This document shows, piece after piece, positions 12,314 through 21,766 of a stretch of 64,000 nt of DNA. The notes under the pieces are model-generated. The model saw only the letters and a list, made by a program, of their open reading frames with translations. It searched no databases and was not told the origin of the DNA. This DNA is from an uncultured Gemmatimonadales bacterium (GTDB lineage Bacteria > Gemmatimonadota > Gemmatimonadetes > Gemmatimonadales > GWC2-71-9): assembly GCA_963828735.1 (NCBI GenBank), contig CAWHFW010000004.1:192001-256000 (forward strand). The letters are read 5' to 3'. Numbering within the stretch: position 1 is the first letter of the stretch; the number at the start of each line of letters is the position of its first letter. Made by a program: the position numbers and the translations under genes.

Positions 12314-13115
12314 TGCGCGACCGCTCACGGTGCTCGACCTGCCGGCCATGAAGGCGGCAGGCCGTCGCATCGTGATGCTGACCTGCTACGACGCCGCGTT
12401 CGCGCGCCTGCTCGATCAGGCCGGAGTGGACGTCCTGCTCGTGGGCGACTCGCTCAACCAGGTGATCGCGGGCGAGGAAACGACGCTCAGCGCCAGCCTC
12501 GACCAGATGATCTACCACGCGGCGGCCGTTCGCCGGGGCGCGCCGCGGTCGCTCCTGCTGGTTGACCTCCCCTTCCTCACCTACCAGGTGTCGGTGCCGG
12601 AGGCGATCCGCAACGCGGGCCGCGTGCTGCAGGAGACGGGCGCGCAGGGGGTCAAGCTCGAGGGCGGGCGCCCCATGGTGGAGACCGTGCGCGCGCTGGT
12701 GGAACGGGGCATTCCGGTGCTCGGCCACCTGGGACTGACGCCGCAATCGGTCCACGCGCTCGGCGGGTATCGCGTGCAGGGCCGCGACCATCCCGCAGCC
12801 GAACGGCTGCTCGCCGATGCGAGCGCGCTGGAGGAGGCGGGCGCGTGCGGCGTCGTGCTCGAGCTCGTGCCGACCGCCCTGGCCGAGCGGGTTTCGAAGG
12901 CGCTCGCCATCCCCACCATCGGGATCGGTGCGGGCGCGGGATGCGACGGCCAGGTGCTCGTCCTGCACGACATGCTCGGCCTCAACGAGGGGTTCAATCC
13001 GAAGTTCCTCAAGCGCTACGGTGCGCTGGGTGAAGCGGTCCGCCAGGCGGTTCGGGCCTACGCCGCGGAGGTGCGCGACGGCTCGTATCCCGGCCCCGAG
13101 CACAGCTTCGACTGA
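12303..13115 (+). CDS. panB: 3-methyl-2-oxobutanoate hydroxymethyltransferase
   Basis: MLTCYDA, LLVGDSL, GHLGLTPQS and GIGAG..CDGQVLV motifs. Confidence 0.97.
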   Translation: MNADARPLTVLDLPAMKAAGRRIVMLTCYDAAFARLLDQAGVDVLLVGDSLNQVIAGEETTLSASLDQMIYHAAAVRRGAPRSLLLVDLPFLTYQVSVPEAIRNAGRVLQETGAQGVKLEGGRPMVETVRALVERGIPVLGHLGLTPQSVHALGGYRVQGRDHPAAERLLADASALEEAGACGVVLELVPTALAERVSKALAIPTIGIGAGAGCDGQVLVLHDMLGLNEGFNPKFLKRYGALGEAVRQAVRAYAAEVRDGSYPGPEHSFD

Positions 13116-13140
13116 CCGCGCCGCTGCCCGTCTTCCTCCC

Positions 13141-13998
13141 ATGATCGAGCTCGAGACCATTTCCGACCTGCGCCGCTGGGTCCGAGGCGCGCGCGCGGCG
13201 GACCGCCGCGTCGCCCTGGTGCCGACCATGGGCTACCTCCACGAGGGGCATCTTCGGCTCGTGGACGAGGCCCGTCGTCGGGCCGACGCGGTCGTGATGA
13301 GCGTGTTCGTGAACCCGCTCCAATTCGGGCCCAACGAGGACCTTGCCCGCTATCCGCGCGACCTGCCGCGCGACCGCGCCCTCGCGGAAGCCCGGGGAGT
13401 GGATGCCCTGTTCGTGCCTACCGCGGACGCCATGTACCCCACCGGGTCGGAGATCCGCGTGATCCCGGGTCCCACCGCGGATCGGTGGGAGGGCGCGGCG
13501 CGCCCGGGCCACTTCGCAGGCGTGCTCACCGTCGTGGCCAAGCTGTTCCATCTCGTCGAGCCCGACGTCGCCACCTTCGGGCGGAAGGACATCCAGCAGG
13601 CCGTGCTCGTGCGCCAGATGGTCCACGACCTCGACTGGCGGCTCGACATCGTCGTCGTCCCGACCGTGCGCGAGCCCGACGGGCTGGCGCTCAGCAGCCG
13701 CAATGCCTACCTCGACCCGGCGCAGCGCCGACAGGCCGTCGCCCTCAGCGCGGCCCTCGGCGCGGCGCATGCCGCCTTCACGGCGGGCGAGCGTCGCGCA
13801 TCTGCGGTGGAGGCCGCGATGCGGCGTCGGCTCGACGCGGAGCCGGCCGTGGCGGTCGAGTACCTGGCCATCGCCGAGCCGCGGACGCTCGCGCCCGTCG
13901 ACATGGTCGAGGCGGACACGGTCATCGCGCTCGCCGCCCGGCTCGGACGCACGCGCCTGATCGACAACATCGTTCTGGGCGAGGGCCTCGGCGCATGA
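13141..13998 (+). CDS. panC: Pantoate--beta-alanine ligase
   Basis: VPTMGYLHEGH, FVNPLQF, RPGHF.GV, GLALSSRN and RLIDN motifs. Confidence 0.97.
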   Translation: MIELETISDLRRWVRGARAADRRVALVPTMGYLHEGHLRLVDEARRRADAVVMSVFVNPLQFGPNEDLARYPRDLPRDRALAEARGVDALFVPTADAMYPTGSEIRVIPGPTADRWEGAARPGHFAGVLTVVAKLFHLVEPDVATFGRKDIQQAVLVRQMVHDLDWRLDIVVVPTVREPDGLALSSRNAYLDPAQRRQAVALSAALGAAHAAFTAGERRASAVEAAMRRRLDAEPAVAVEYLAIAEPRTLAPVDMVEADTVIALAARLGRTRLIDNIVLGEGLGA

Positions 13999-14555
13999 CG
14001 GGCGTCGAGCCGGGACTGCCCGCGTGGGCCGTCGCGTCACCCAAGCGCATCGCGCACATTCAGCGCGTCGCCGACCTCGCGGCGGCATGGGCGGCGCGGA
14101 TGCGAGTGACCGGCGCCGAGCGGGCCAGGTGGCTCCGCGCGGTGTGGCTGCACGATGCGCTGCGTGATGCGGACGAGGCGGCCCTCGCCCGGTGGGCGCC
14201 GGACACGCCCGGCTCGCGCTCGCTGCGCCACGGGCCGGCCAGCGCATCGCACGCCGAAGCGGATGGCGAGGCCGATCGCGGCGTGCTCGATGCCGTGCGA
14301 TACCATTCGGTGGGCTTCGCCGGCTGGGACATGGTAGGCCGGGTGCTCTACTGCGCGGACTATCTGGAGCCCGGGCGCGAGTTCGATCGCGAGTGGCGCG
14401 CGGCGCTGGCGGCGCGCTTTCCCGAGGATTCGCCCGCGGTGCTGTCCGAGGTCGCGGCGCGGCGCGTCACCCACGTTGTGCAGACTCGGTGGCCGTTGAT
14501 CGAGCCGACGGTGAGCTTTTGGAACAGTCTCGTCGCGTCGTCCGGGCCGCGCTAG
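13995..14555 (+). CDS. YqeK-like HD-domain hydrolase (putative Ap4A hydrolase)
   Basis: RIAHIQRV, WLHD, HG, AVRYHSVG and LYCADYLEPGR pattern of YqeK. Confidence 0.8.
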   Translation: MTGVEPGLPAWAVASPKRIAHIQRVADLAAAWAARMRVTGAERARWLRAVWLHDALRDADEAALARWAPDTPGSRSLRHGPASASHAEADGEADRGVLDAVRYHSVGFAGWDMVGRVLYCADYLEPGREFDREWRAALAARFPEDSPAVLSEVAARRVTHVVQTRWPLIEPTVSFWNSLVASSGPR

Positions 14556-14944
14556 TCGCGTCGGGCGCGTTCGCGCTGCTCGGCGTGCTGGCGCTGCTGC
14601 TTCAGCCCAGACGCGAGCAGGTGCCCGGCCACGCGTATCCCGTTCCGGCGCCCGGAAAACGCATCCGGGTGGAAGTGCTGAACGGCACGCGGCGTCCGGG
14701 TTTCGCGCGGACGGCGACTCGCGCCCTCCGGGAGCGAGGACTGGACGTCGTCTTCTTCGGGACCGGACCCGCGGCGGATTCCACGCGCATCTTCGTTCGG
14801 CGGGGAGATCCGGGGCAGGGAAAGGACGTGGCGGAAGCGCTCGGCGTCGGACGTGTGGTTCTCCAGCCGGACACGCTCCGCCGAGTGGATGTGAGCGTCC
14901 TGCTGGGAAACGACTGGCGACCGAGGCTGCCGCTGCATCCCTGA
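14519..14944 (+). CDS. LytR C-terminal domain membrane protein
   Basis: TM helix, then VEVLNGTRRPGFA...DVSVLLGND; TTG start approximate. Confidence 0.8.
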   Translation: MEQSRRVVRAALVASGAFALLGVLALLLQPRREQVPGHAYPVPAPGKRIRVEVLNGTRRPGFARTATRALRERGLDVVFFGTGPAADSTRIFVRRGDPGQGKDVAEALGVGRVVLQPDTLRRVDVSVLLGNDWRPRLPLHP

Positions 14945-14964
14945 CGCCCCGTCCCTTCGCTCCG

Positions 14965-16305
14965 CTACACCACCCCGATGACGACATCCATCACGTTCGT
15001 CCCCGTCAGCCCCACTCTCAGCAGGGCTCCCGCCGCGTCCAGCGCCCGGTAGGCGTCGTGCGCCGCCAGGTCCCGCTCGGGATCCCGACCCGAGGTCGCC
15101 GCGGCGCGCCAGGTGCCGCCGTCCACGATCGCACCCGCAGCGTCGGTCGGACCGTCGCGACCGTCGGTGCCGGCGGCCATGAGCGCCACGCCCGATCGCG
15201 CGCCGTCCAGCGCCCGGGCCGCCGAGAGTGCCAGCTCCTGGCACCGCCCGCCGAGTCCAGGAGAAGCGTCGCCCAAGGTCACGGTCGTCTCACCGCCCCA
15301 GATGAAGCAGCGGCTCGGCGCGACTGGTTGCGGGATGTTCCGGGGACCGCAATGTTGTAGCAGAAGAGCGGCTACACTCGCGCCTGTCGCCCATGCCTCC
15401 CCGGCGAGCGGCGTCTCAGCCACCTCGGGCGCGAGGCCCAACTCAGCCGCCCGTCTGGCCGCAGCTTCGACGGCCAGTCTGTTACTGGCGATCACTTCGA
15501 GGGTCACGCGCGCGAAGGCCTGATCTCCGGGCTTTGGCGTTTCGGCTGTTTCCCCCGATTCCGACGCCAGCAGGAGCCGTTGGGCGGCCGCCGGAATACG
15601 GGTCCAGAGCCCGGCCTGCTCGAGTTGGCGGTGGACTTCCGCCGCGGTGGTGGGGTCGGGGACGCAGGGGCCGGAGCCGATCGAAGCGAGGTCGTCGCCG
15701 ATGACGTCGGAGACGACGAACACCCGTACCCGCGCCGGCGCGAGCGCCGCGGCGAGCCGTCCGCCGCCCCAGCGCGAAAAGCGCTTGCGGATCCGGTTCA
15801 TGGCGGTGATATCGAGGCCGGATCCGAGGAGGAGACCGTACAACGCGGTCAGCTCCGCCGGCGCGAGTCCGGGGACCGGCGCCGCGAGCAGGCTCGAGGC
15901 GCCGCCGGAGAGCAGCACCCAGACCTCGTCCGGCGACCCGACCCGACTGGTCGCCTGCGCCAATGCTTCCGCCGCGGCGAGCGAGCCCGGCCCGGGCTCG
16001 GGATGATCCCCGCGGATCGTGCGGATGCCGGGATGCGGTGTTGCCTCCGCCGCGGGGGCGACGAGGAGTCCGCCTGCCGGCTCCTGACCCCACGCGCCGA
16101 GGGTCTCGACGGCGGCGCGGGCCATCGGGCCAGCCGCCTTCCCGAGCGCGAAGATCCAGGGGGAGGCAGGGGTGCGGTCGAGGAGGCTCAGCCTCGCCGA
16201 GAGCGCCGGGCCGGGATCAACCGCCCGGGTGGCAACCGTGTAGAGCTCGGTGAGGAGCTCCCGTGGGGACAAATCCGAGTGGGAACGAGCGGCGGACGCG
16301 GGCAA
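14965..16305 (-). CDS. gck: Glycerate 2-kinase (class II, DUF4147/MOFRL)
   Basis: ALGKAA, LLSGGASSL, SDVIGDDLASIGSGP, GGETTV, GGRCQE, GTDGRDGPT and TGTNVMD motifs. Confidence 0.9.
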   Translation of the reverse strand: MPASAARSHSDLSPRELLTELYTVATRAVDPGPALSARLSLLDRTPASPWIFALGKAAGPMARAAVETLGAWGQEPAGGLLVAPAAEATPHPGIRTIRGDHPEPGPGSLAAAEALAQATSRVGSPDEVWVLLSGGASSLLAAPVPGLAPAELTALYGLLLGSGLDITAMNRIRKRFSRWGGGRLAAALAPARVRVFVVSDVIGDDLASIGSGPCVPDPTTAAEVHRQLEQAGLWTRIPAAAQRLLLASESGETAETPKPGDQAFARVTLEVIASNRLAVEAAARRAAELGLAPEVAETPLAGEAWATGASVAALLLQHCGPRNIPQPVAPSRCFIWGGETTVTLGDASPGLGGRCQELALSAARALDGARSGVALMAAGTDGRDGPTDAAGAIVDGGTWRAAATSGRDPERDLAAHDAYRALDAAGALLRVGLTGTNVMDVVIGVV

Positions 16306-16315
16306 GATCGCAGCC

Positions 16316-16368
16316 TTGTGAAAAAAAGCACAAAGTGCTATACATGGGCTGACGCATAAAAATTCAGC
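16316..16368 (+). promoter_or_regulatory. AT-rich divergent gck/sgaA promoter region with two dyads
   Basis: TTGTGA-N17-TATACA with extended -10 TG; AGCAC-AAA-GTGCT (16327-16339) and GCTGA-N11-TCAGC (16348-16368). Confidence 0.5.
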
Positions 16369-16461
16369 GGGCAGTATGAGCTTCAGCGCCTGCTAATGTA
16401 CTCTGATCAGGCGGGGGCGTCGCGCCTCCGCCGGGGCTTCCTTCCTCCTGAGGGCTCGCGC

Positions 16462-17724
16462 ATGGCCGGCCGCAACTTCCTCCTCGTTCCGGGGCCTACG
16501 AACACGCCCGACCGTATCCTCCGCGCCATGCATGTCGCGATGGAGGACCACCGGTCGTCCGACTTCCCCAAGCTCGCCGCCCCGGTGCTCGAGAACCTGA
16601 AGAAGATCTTCAAGACGTCGACGGGGCAGCCCTACATTTTCCCCGCCAGCGGCACGGGCGCGTGGGAGGCGTCGCTGTCGAACACGCTGAGCCCCGGCGA
16701 CCGCGTCCTCGCGGCCCGGTTCGGCATGTTCAGCCACCTCTGGATCGACATGGCCCAGCGGCTGGGCCTCAAGGTGGACGTGCTCGACACCGAGTGGGGC
16801 GAGGGCGCCCCGGTCGAGCGGTATCACGAGGCGCTCGCCGCCGACAAGAACCACGAGATCAAGGCCGTACTGTTCACCCACAACGAGACGGCCACCGGAG
16901 TCACCAGCGACGTGGCCGGGATGCGCAAGGCGCTCGACGACGCGAAGCATCCCGCGCTCCTCATGGTGGACGGCGTGAGCTCGATCGCGAGCATCGACTT
17001 CCGGATGGACGAGTGGGGCGTCGACTGCGCCGTCACCGGTTCCCAGAAGGGCCTAATGCTTCCGGCCGGCCTCGGCATCGTGTGCGTGAGCCAGAAGGCT
17101 GCGGCGCAGTACGAGAAGGCCAGGCTGCCGCGGGTCTTCTTCGATTTCGGCGACATGAAGAAGGCGAACGCGACGGGGTACTTCCCGTACACGCCGTCGC
17201 TTCCGATGCTGTACGGCCTCCGCGAGTCGCTCGCGGTCCTGTTCGAGGAAGGGCTCGAGAACGTCTTCGCCCGGCATCACCGGCTCGCCGAGGGCACCCG
17301 TGCCGCCGTGAAGGCCTGGGGGCTCGAGCTCTGCGCCCGCGAGCCGCGGTGGCACTCGGACACGGTGAGCGCGATCATGGTGCCGCCCGGCATCAACGGC
17401 GCCGAGGTCATCGACGTGGCCTACCGCCGCTACAATCTGGCGCTCGGCGCGGGTCTCGCGCGGATGGCGGGGCGGCTCTTCCGCATCGGCCACCTCGGCG
17501 ATTTGAACGAGTGCATGCTCCTCGGCGGCCTCGCCGGCGCGGAGATGGCGATGCGCGACGTGGGCATCAAGGTGACGCCCGGGAGCGGGGTGGCCGCGGC
17601 CGAGGAATACTGGCGCGGCACGGCGAAGCCGCTCGAGCAGCGGGAGCTTCCGCCGCGCGCCCCCGATGCCCAGCCCGCGGCCCCGACGGCGAAGGAGAAG
17701 GCGACCGCCGGCGTCGCTCGATGA
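16462..17724 (+). CDS. sgaA: Serine--glyoxylate aminotransferase (class V PLP)
   Basis: GRNFLLVPGPTN.PDRILRAM...EDHRS, SGTGAWE, HNETATGV, GSQKGLMLPAG and GYFPYTP, strongly resembling methylotroph SgaA; serine-cycle context. Confidence 0.9.
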   Translation: MAGRNFLLVPGPTNTPDRILRAMHVAMEDHRSSDFPKLAAPVLENLKKIFKTSTGQPYIFPASGTGAWEASLSNTLSPGDRVLAARFGMFSHLWIDMAQRLGLKVDVLDTEWGEGAPVERYHEALAADKNHEIKAVLFTHNETATGVTSDVAGMRKALDDAKHPALLMVDGVSSIASIDFRMDEWGVDCAVTGSQKGLMLPAGLGIVCVSQKAAAQYEKARLPRVFFDFGDMKKANATGYFPYTPSLPMLYGLRESLAVLFEEGLENVFARHHRLAEGTRAAVKAWGLELCAREPRWHSDTVSAIMVPPGINGAEVIDVAYRRYNLALGAGLARMAGRLFRIGHLGDLNECMLLGGLAGAEMAMRDVGIKVTPGSGVAAAEEYWRGTAKPLEQRELPPRAPDAQPAAPTAKEKATAGVAR

Positions 17725-18659
17725 GCCACACCCGCGTCGAGCCCGCCCGTCAGCGGCTGCAGCGCAGCGAGCTGGCCGTGCCCGGATCGAGTCCGGGCAT
17801 GTTCGCGAAGGCGCTCGACAGCGCCGCCGACTACATCTTCCTCGATCTCGAGGACGCGGTGGCGCCGGGGGACAAGGAGTCCGCGCGGACCAACGTGATC
17901 CGCGCGCTGCAGGAGCACGAGTGGCGCGGTCGCGGCAAGACGATCTCGGTGCGGATCAACGGCATCGACACCCACTACATGTATCGCGACGTGGTGGACG
18001 TCGTGGAGCAGGCCGGCCATCGGCTCGACACGATCCTGATTCCCAAGGTGGGCGTTCCCGCGGACGTCTACCTCGTGGACGCGCTGCTGACGCAGATCGA
18101 GCAGGCGAAGGGCATCCCCCACCGCATCGGCATCGACGTGTTGATCGAGACCGCGCTCGGCATGGCCAACGTCGAGGCGATCGCGCAGTCCAGCCGGCGG
18201 CTCGAGGCCATGCACTTCGGGGTCGCCGACTACTCGGCGAGCTGTCGCGCGCGCACCGTGGTGATCGGCGGCCTCAACCCCGACTACCCGGGTGATCAGT
18301 GGCACGCCGCGCTCTCGCGGATGATCGTCGCCTGCCGCGCCTACGGCCTTCGCCCCATTGACGGGCCCTTCGGCGACTTCAAGGATCCGGATGGCTATCG
18401 GCTCGCCGCGAAGCGCGCCGCGGCGCTCGGCATCGAGGGAAAGTGGGCCATCCATCCCTCGCAGATCGCGCTGGCCAACGAGGTGTTCAGCCCTCCGCCG
18501 GCCGAGGTGGATCGGGCGAAACGCATCCTGGTCGCGCTCGACGAGGCCGCGCGGGACGGGCGCGGCGCGGCGCAGCTCGACGGGCGGATGATCGACGCCG
18601 CCTCCGCGCGGATGGCGCAGAACATCGTTCACATGCACGAGGCCATCGAGAAGGCCTGA
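17721..18659 (+). CDS. mcl: Malyl-CoA lyase (CitE family)
   Basis: [50 protein letters not shown] and GKWAIHPSQ typical of Mcl; ATGA overlap with sgaA. Confidence 0.9.
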   Translation: MSHTRVEPARQRLQRSELAVPGSSPGMFAKALDSAADYIFLDLEDAVAPGDKESARTNVIRALQEHEWRGRGKTISVRINGIDTHYMYRDVVDVVEQAGHRLDTILIPKVGVPADVYLVDALLTQIEQAKGIPHRIGIDVLIETALGMANVEAIAQSSRRLEAMHFGVADYSASCRARTVVIGGLNPDYPGDQWHAALSRMIVACRAYGLRPIDGPFGDFKDPDGYRLAAKRAAALGIEGKWAIHPSQIALANEVFSPPPAEVDRAKRILVALDEAARDGRGAAQLDGRMIDAASARMAQNIVHMHEAIEKA

Positions 18660-18693
18660 CCGCGACTCCGACCCACGACTCGAGATCGCCACC

Positions 18694-19887
18694 ATGGACA
18701 TCCACGAATACCAGGCCAAGGAGCTGCTCGCAGGTTTCGGCGTGGCCATCCCGCGTGGCGGGGTGGCCTACAGTCCGGAACAGGCGGTCTACCGCGCGTC
18801 GGAGATCGGCGGCACTCGCTGGGCCGTGAAGGCGCAGATCCATTCGGGCGCCCGCGGCAAGGCGGGCGGGATCAAGCTCTGCTCCAACGAGGACGAGGTC
18901 CGGCAGGCCGCGAAGGGCCTGCTCGGCAAGCGACTGGTGACCCACCAGACCGGTCCCGAGGGTCGCACGGTCCACCGTCTCTACGTCGAGGCGGCGGTGC
19001 CGATCGACCGCGAGATCTATCTGGGGTTCGTGCTGGACCGGAAGAGCGAGCGGGTGATGATCGTCGCCTCGGCGCAGGGCGGGATGGAGATCGAGGAGAT
19101 CTCCGAGCGCTCGCCGGACGCGATCATCCGCTCGGTGGTCGAGCCTGCGGTGGGCCTCACCGCCTTCCAGGCGCGGGAGATCGCCTTCGCCCTCGGCCTC
19201 GATTCCGCCCAGGTGACCCGCGCCGTGACCACCTTGCTCGGCTGCTACCGGGCGTTCCGCGACCTCGACGCGACCATGGTGGAGATCAACCCGCTCGTGG
19301 CCACGACGGACGGCCAGCTCTTCGCGCTCGACTGCAAGATGACGTTCGACGACAACGCGCTGTTCCGGCGGCCGAACGTGAGCGAGCTGCGCGACTACGC
19401 CGAGGAGGATCCGCGGGAGTCCCAGGCCGCCGAGTACGGGATCAATTACGTCGCGCTCGACGGCGAGATCGGCTGCATCGTGAACGGCGCGGGCCTCGCG
19501 ATGGGCACGATGGACCTGATCAAGCACGCCGGCAGCTCGCCGGCCAACTTCCTCGACGTAGGCGGCGGCGCCTCGCCGGAGAAGGTGTGCAATGCCTTTC
19601 GTCTGGTGCTCGCGGATCCGAAGGTCAAGGCGATCCTCGTGAACATCTTCGCCGGGATCAACCGCTGCGACTGGGTGGCCCAGGGCGTGGTCTATGCCGT
19701 GAAGGAGCTCAAGCCCGCCGTGCCCCTGGTGGTGCGGCTCGCGGGCACGAACGTCGAGGAGGGCCGCAAGATCCTGAAGGACAGCGGCCTCGACCTGGTC
19801 ACCGCGGATACCCTTACCGAGGCGGCCGAGAAGGTCGTCGCCGCCCTCAAGGCCTCGGGCAGCACGGCCGGAAACGGAAAGCCATGA
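18694..19887 (+). CDS. mtkA: Malate--CoA ligase (malate thiokinase) large subunit
   Basis: SucC-family fold with MtkA-type [12 protein letters not shown]...AYSPEQAVY and [13 protein letters not shown] (SucC typically NIFGGIVRCD); lies between mcl and ppc. Confidence 0.88.
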   Translation: MDIHEYQAKELLAGFGVAIPRGGVAYSPEQAVYRASEIGGTRWAVKAQIHSGARGKAGGIKLCSNEDEVRQAAKGLLGKRLVTHQTGPEGRTVHRLYVEAAVPIDREIYLGFVLDRKSERVMIVASAQGGMEIEEISERSPDAIIRSVVEPAVGLTAFQAREIAFALGLDSAQVTRAVTTLLGCYRAFRDLDATMVEINPLVATTDGQLFALDCKMTFDDNALFRRPNVSELRDYAEEDPRESQAAEYGINYVALDGEIGCIVNGAGLAMGTMDLIKHAGSSPANFLDVGGGASPEKVCNAFRLVLADPKVKAILVNIFAGINRCDWVAQGVVYAVKELKPAVPLVVRLAGTNVEEGRKILKDSGLDLVTADTLTEAAEKVVAALKASGSTAGNGKP

Positions 19888-20795
19888 GCATCCTGATCGA
19901 CGAACGGACGCGCGTGATCATCCAGGGCTTCACGGGCGACAAGGGCTCCTTCCACGGCAAGGAGATGGCCGCGTACGGCACCAACCTGGTGGGCGGCGTC
20001 ACGCCAGGGAAGGGCGGCAAGCGGCACCTCGACCGGCCGGTCTTCAACACCGTCAAGGAAGCGGTCCGCGAGGCCGGCGCCGAGGCGACCATCATCTTCG
20101 TACCGGCCGCGTTCTGCGCGGACTCGATCATGGAAGCGGCCGACGCCGGCGTCCGGCTGATCTGCGCCATCACCGACGGGATCCCGGCGCAGGACATGAT
20201 GATGGTGAAGCGGTATCTGTGGCGATATCCCAAGGAGAGGCGCTCGACGGCGATCGGCCCCAACTGCGCCGGCATCATCAGTCCGGGCAAGGCCATGCTC
20301 GGCATCATGCCGGGCCACATCTACAAGCGCGGCACGGTGGGTCTGGTGACGCGATCCGGCACGCTGGGCTACGAGGCCGCGTCGCAGATGAAGGCGGTCG
20401 GTATCGGCATCTCGACCAGCGTCGGCATCGGCGGCGATCCGATCAACGGCAGCTCGTTCGTGGACATCCTGCAGCGCTTCGAGGAGGATCCCGAGACCGA
20501 GGCCGTCATGATGATCGGGGAGATCGGCGGCCCCCAGGAGGCGGAGGCAGCCCGGTTCGCGAAGGCGAACATGAAGAAGCCGGTCATCGGGTACGTGGCC
20601 GGCCTGACCGCGCCGAAGGGCCGCCGCATGGGACACGCGGGCGCCATCATCCGCGCCTTCGGGGAGAGCGCGGCCGAGAAGGTGGAGATCATGAAGGAGG
20701 CGGGGCTCACGGTGGTCCACAGCCCGGCCGACCTCGGCGCCACGACCGCGACGGTGCTGGGCGGGCTGTCCAAGCGCGTGGCGGTCGCGACGTGA
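19884..20795 (+). CDS. mtkB: Malate--CoA ligase small subunit
   Basis: SucD family; [26 protein letters not shown] and RMGHAGA (phospho-His). Confidence 0.88.
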   Translation: MSILIDERTRVIIQGFTGDKGSFHGKEMAAYGTNLVGGVTPGKGGKRHLDRPVFNTVKEAVREAGAEATIIFVPAAFCADSIMEAADAGVRLICAITDGIPAQDMMMVKRYLWRYPKERRSTAIGPNCAGIISPGKAMLGIMPGHIYKRGTVGLVTRSGTLGYEAASQMKAVGIGISTSVGIGGDPINGSSFVDILQRFEEDPETEAVMMIGEIGGPQEAEAARFAKANMKKPVIGYVAGLTAPKGRRMGHAGAIIRAFGESAAEKVEIMKEAGLTVVHSPADLGATTATVLGGLSKRVAVAT

Positions 20796-21766
20796 GCGGG
20801 CGGCCGGTGATCGTCGTGACCCGCCGGCTGCCGGAGCCGGTGCACCAGGCGCTCACGCGCGAGTTCGACGCGCGGCTCAACGAGGACGACCGCCCGCTCT
20901 CGTCCGACGGCCTCCGCGACGCGCTCGCCACCGCCGACGCCCTGCTCACCACGGTGACGGACAAGGTGACCGAAGAGGTGCTCGCCGTGGAGCCGCGGCG
21001 CGCCAAGCTGGTGGCCAACTTCGGCGTGGGCTTCAACAACATCGACGTCGAGGCCGCGAAGGCCCGAGGCGTCGCCGTCTCGAATACGCCCGACGTCCTG
21101 ACGGATGCCACGGCGGACCTCGCCATGACCCTTCTGCTCATGGTGGCGCGCCGCACGGGGGAAGGCGAGCGCCACCTGCGGGGCGGGCAGTGGACCGGCT
21201 GGCGTCCGACCCACATGCTCGGGACCCAGGTGACCGGGAAGACGCTGGGCCTCGTCGGCATGGGGCGGATCGCGCGCGCGGTGGCGCAGCGCGCCCACCA
21301 CGGCTTCAAAATGAAAGTGATCTATCACGATCCGTTTCCGCCGCCGGCCGACGTGGCCAGCGCCCTCGGCGCCGAGCCGCGCGAGACGCTGGACGACGTG
21401 CTGCGCGAGGCGGACTTCGTCTCGCTCCATTGCCCGGCGCTACCGGAGACGCGGCACCTGATGAACCGGGATCGACTTGCCCGCATGCAGCCGCACGCGT
21501 TCCTCGTGAACACCGCCCGCGGCGACGTGGTGGACGAGGCCGCCCTGGTCGAAGCGCTCGCGTCGAAGCGGATCGCGGGCGCGGGCCTCGACGTGTACGA
21601 ACGCGAGCCGCAGGTGACGCAGGCGCTCACGACCATGGACAACGTCGTGCTCCTCCCCCACCTCGGCAGCGCCACCACCGAAACGCGCGTGGCGATGGGC
21701 ATGCGCGCCGTCGAGAACCTCCAGCTCTTCTTCAGCGGCAAGCCCCTCCGCGATCGCGTCGTGTGA
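20792..21766 (+). CDS. D-2-hydroxyacid dehydrogenase, hydroxypyruvate/glyoxylate reductase
   Basis: NTPDVLTDATAD, GLVGMGRIA, NTARGDVVDE, GLDVYE.EP and LPHLGSAT motifs; GTGA overlap with mtkB. Confidence 0.88.
   Translation: MSGRPVIVVTRRLPEPVHQALTREFDARLNEDDRPLSSDGLRDALATADALLTTVTDKVTEEVLAVEPRRAKLVANFGVGFNNIDVEAAKARGVAVSNTPDVLTDATADLAMTLLLMVARRTGEGERHLRGGQWTGWRPTHMLGTQVTGKTLGLVGMGRIARAVAQRAHHGFKMKVIYHDPFPPPADVASALGAEPRETLDDVLREADFVSLHCPALPETRHLMNRDRLARMQPHAFLVNTARGDVVDEAALVEALASKRIAGAGLDVYEREPQVTQALTTMDNVVLLPHLGSATTETRVAMGMRAVENLQLFFSGKPLRDRVV

Noticed and set aside
18694..20795. Ordinary succinyl-CoA synthetase sucCD
   Set aside because: The [11 protein letters not shown] and [15 protein letters not shown] signatures and the position between mcl and ppc favour MtkAB
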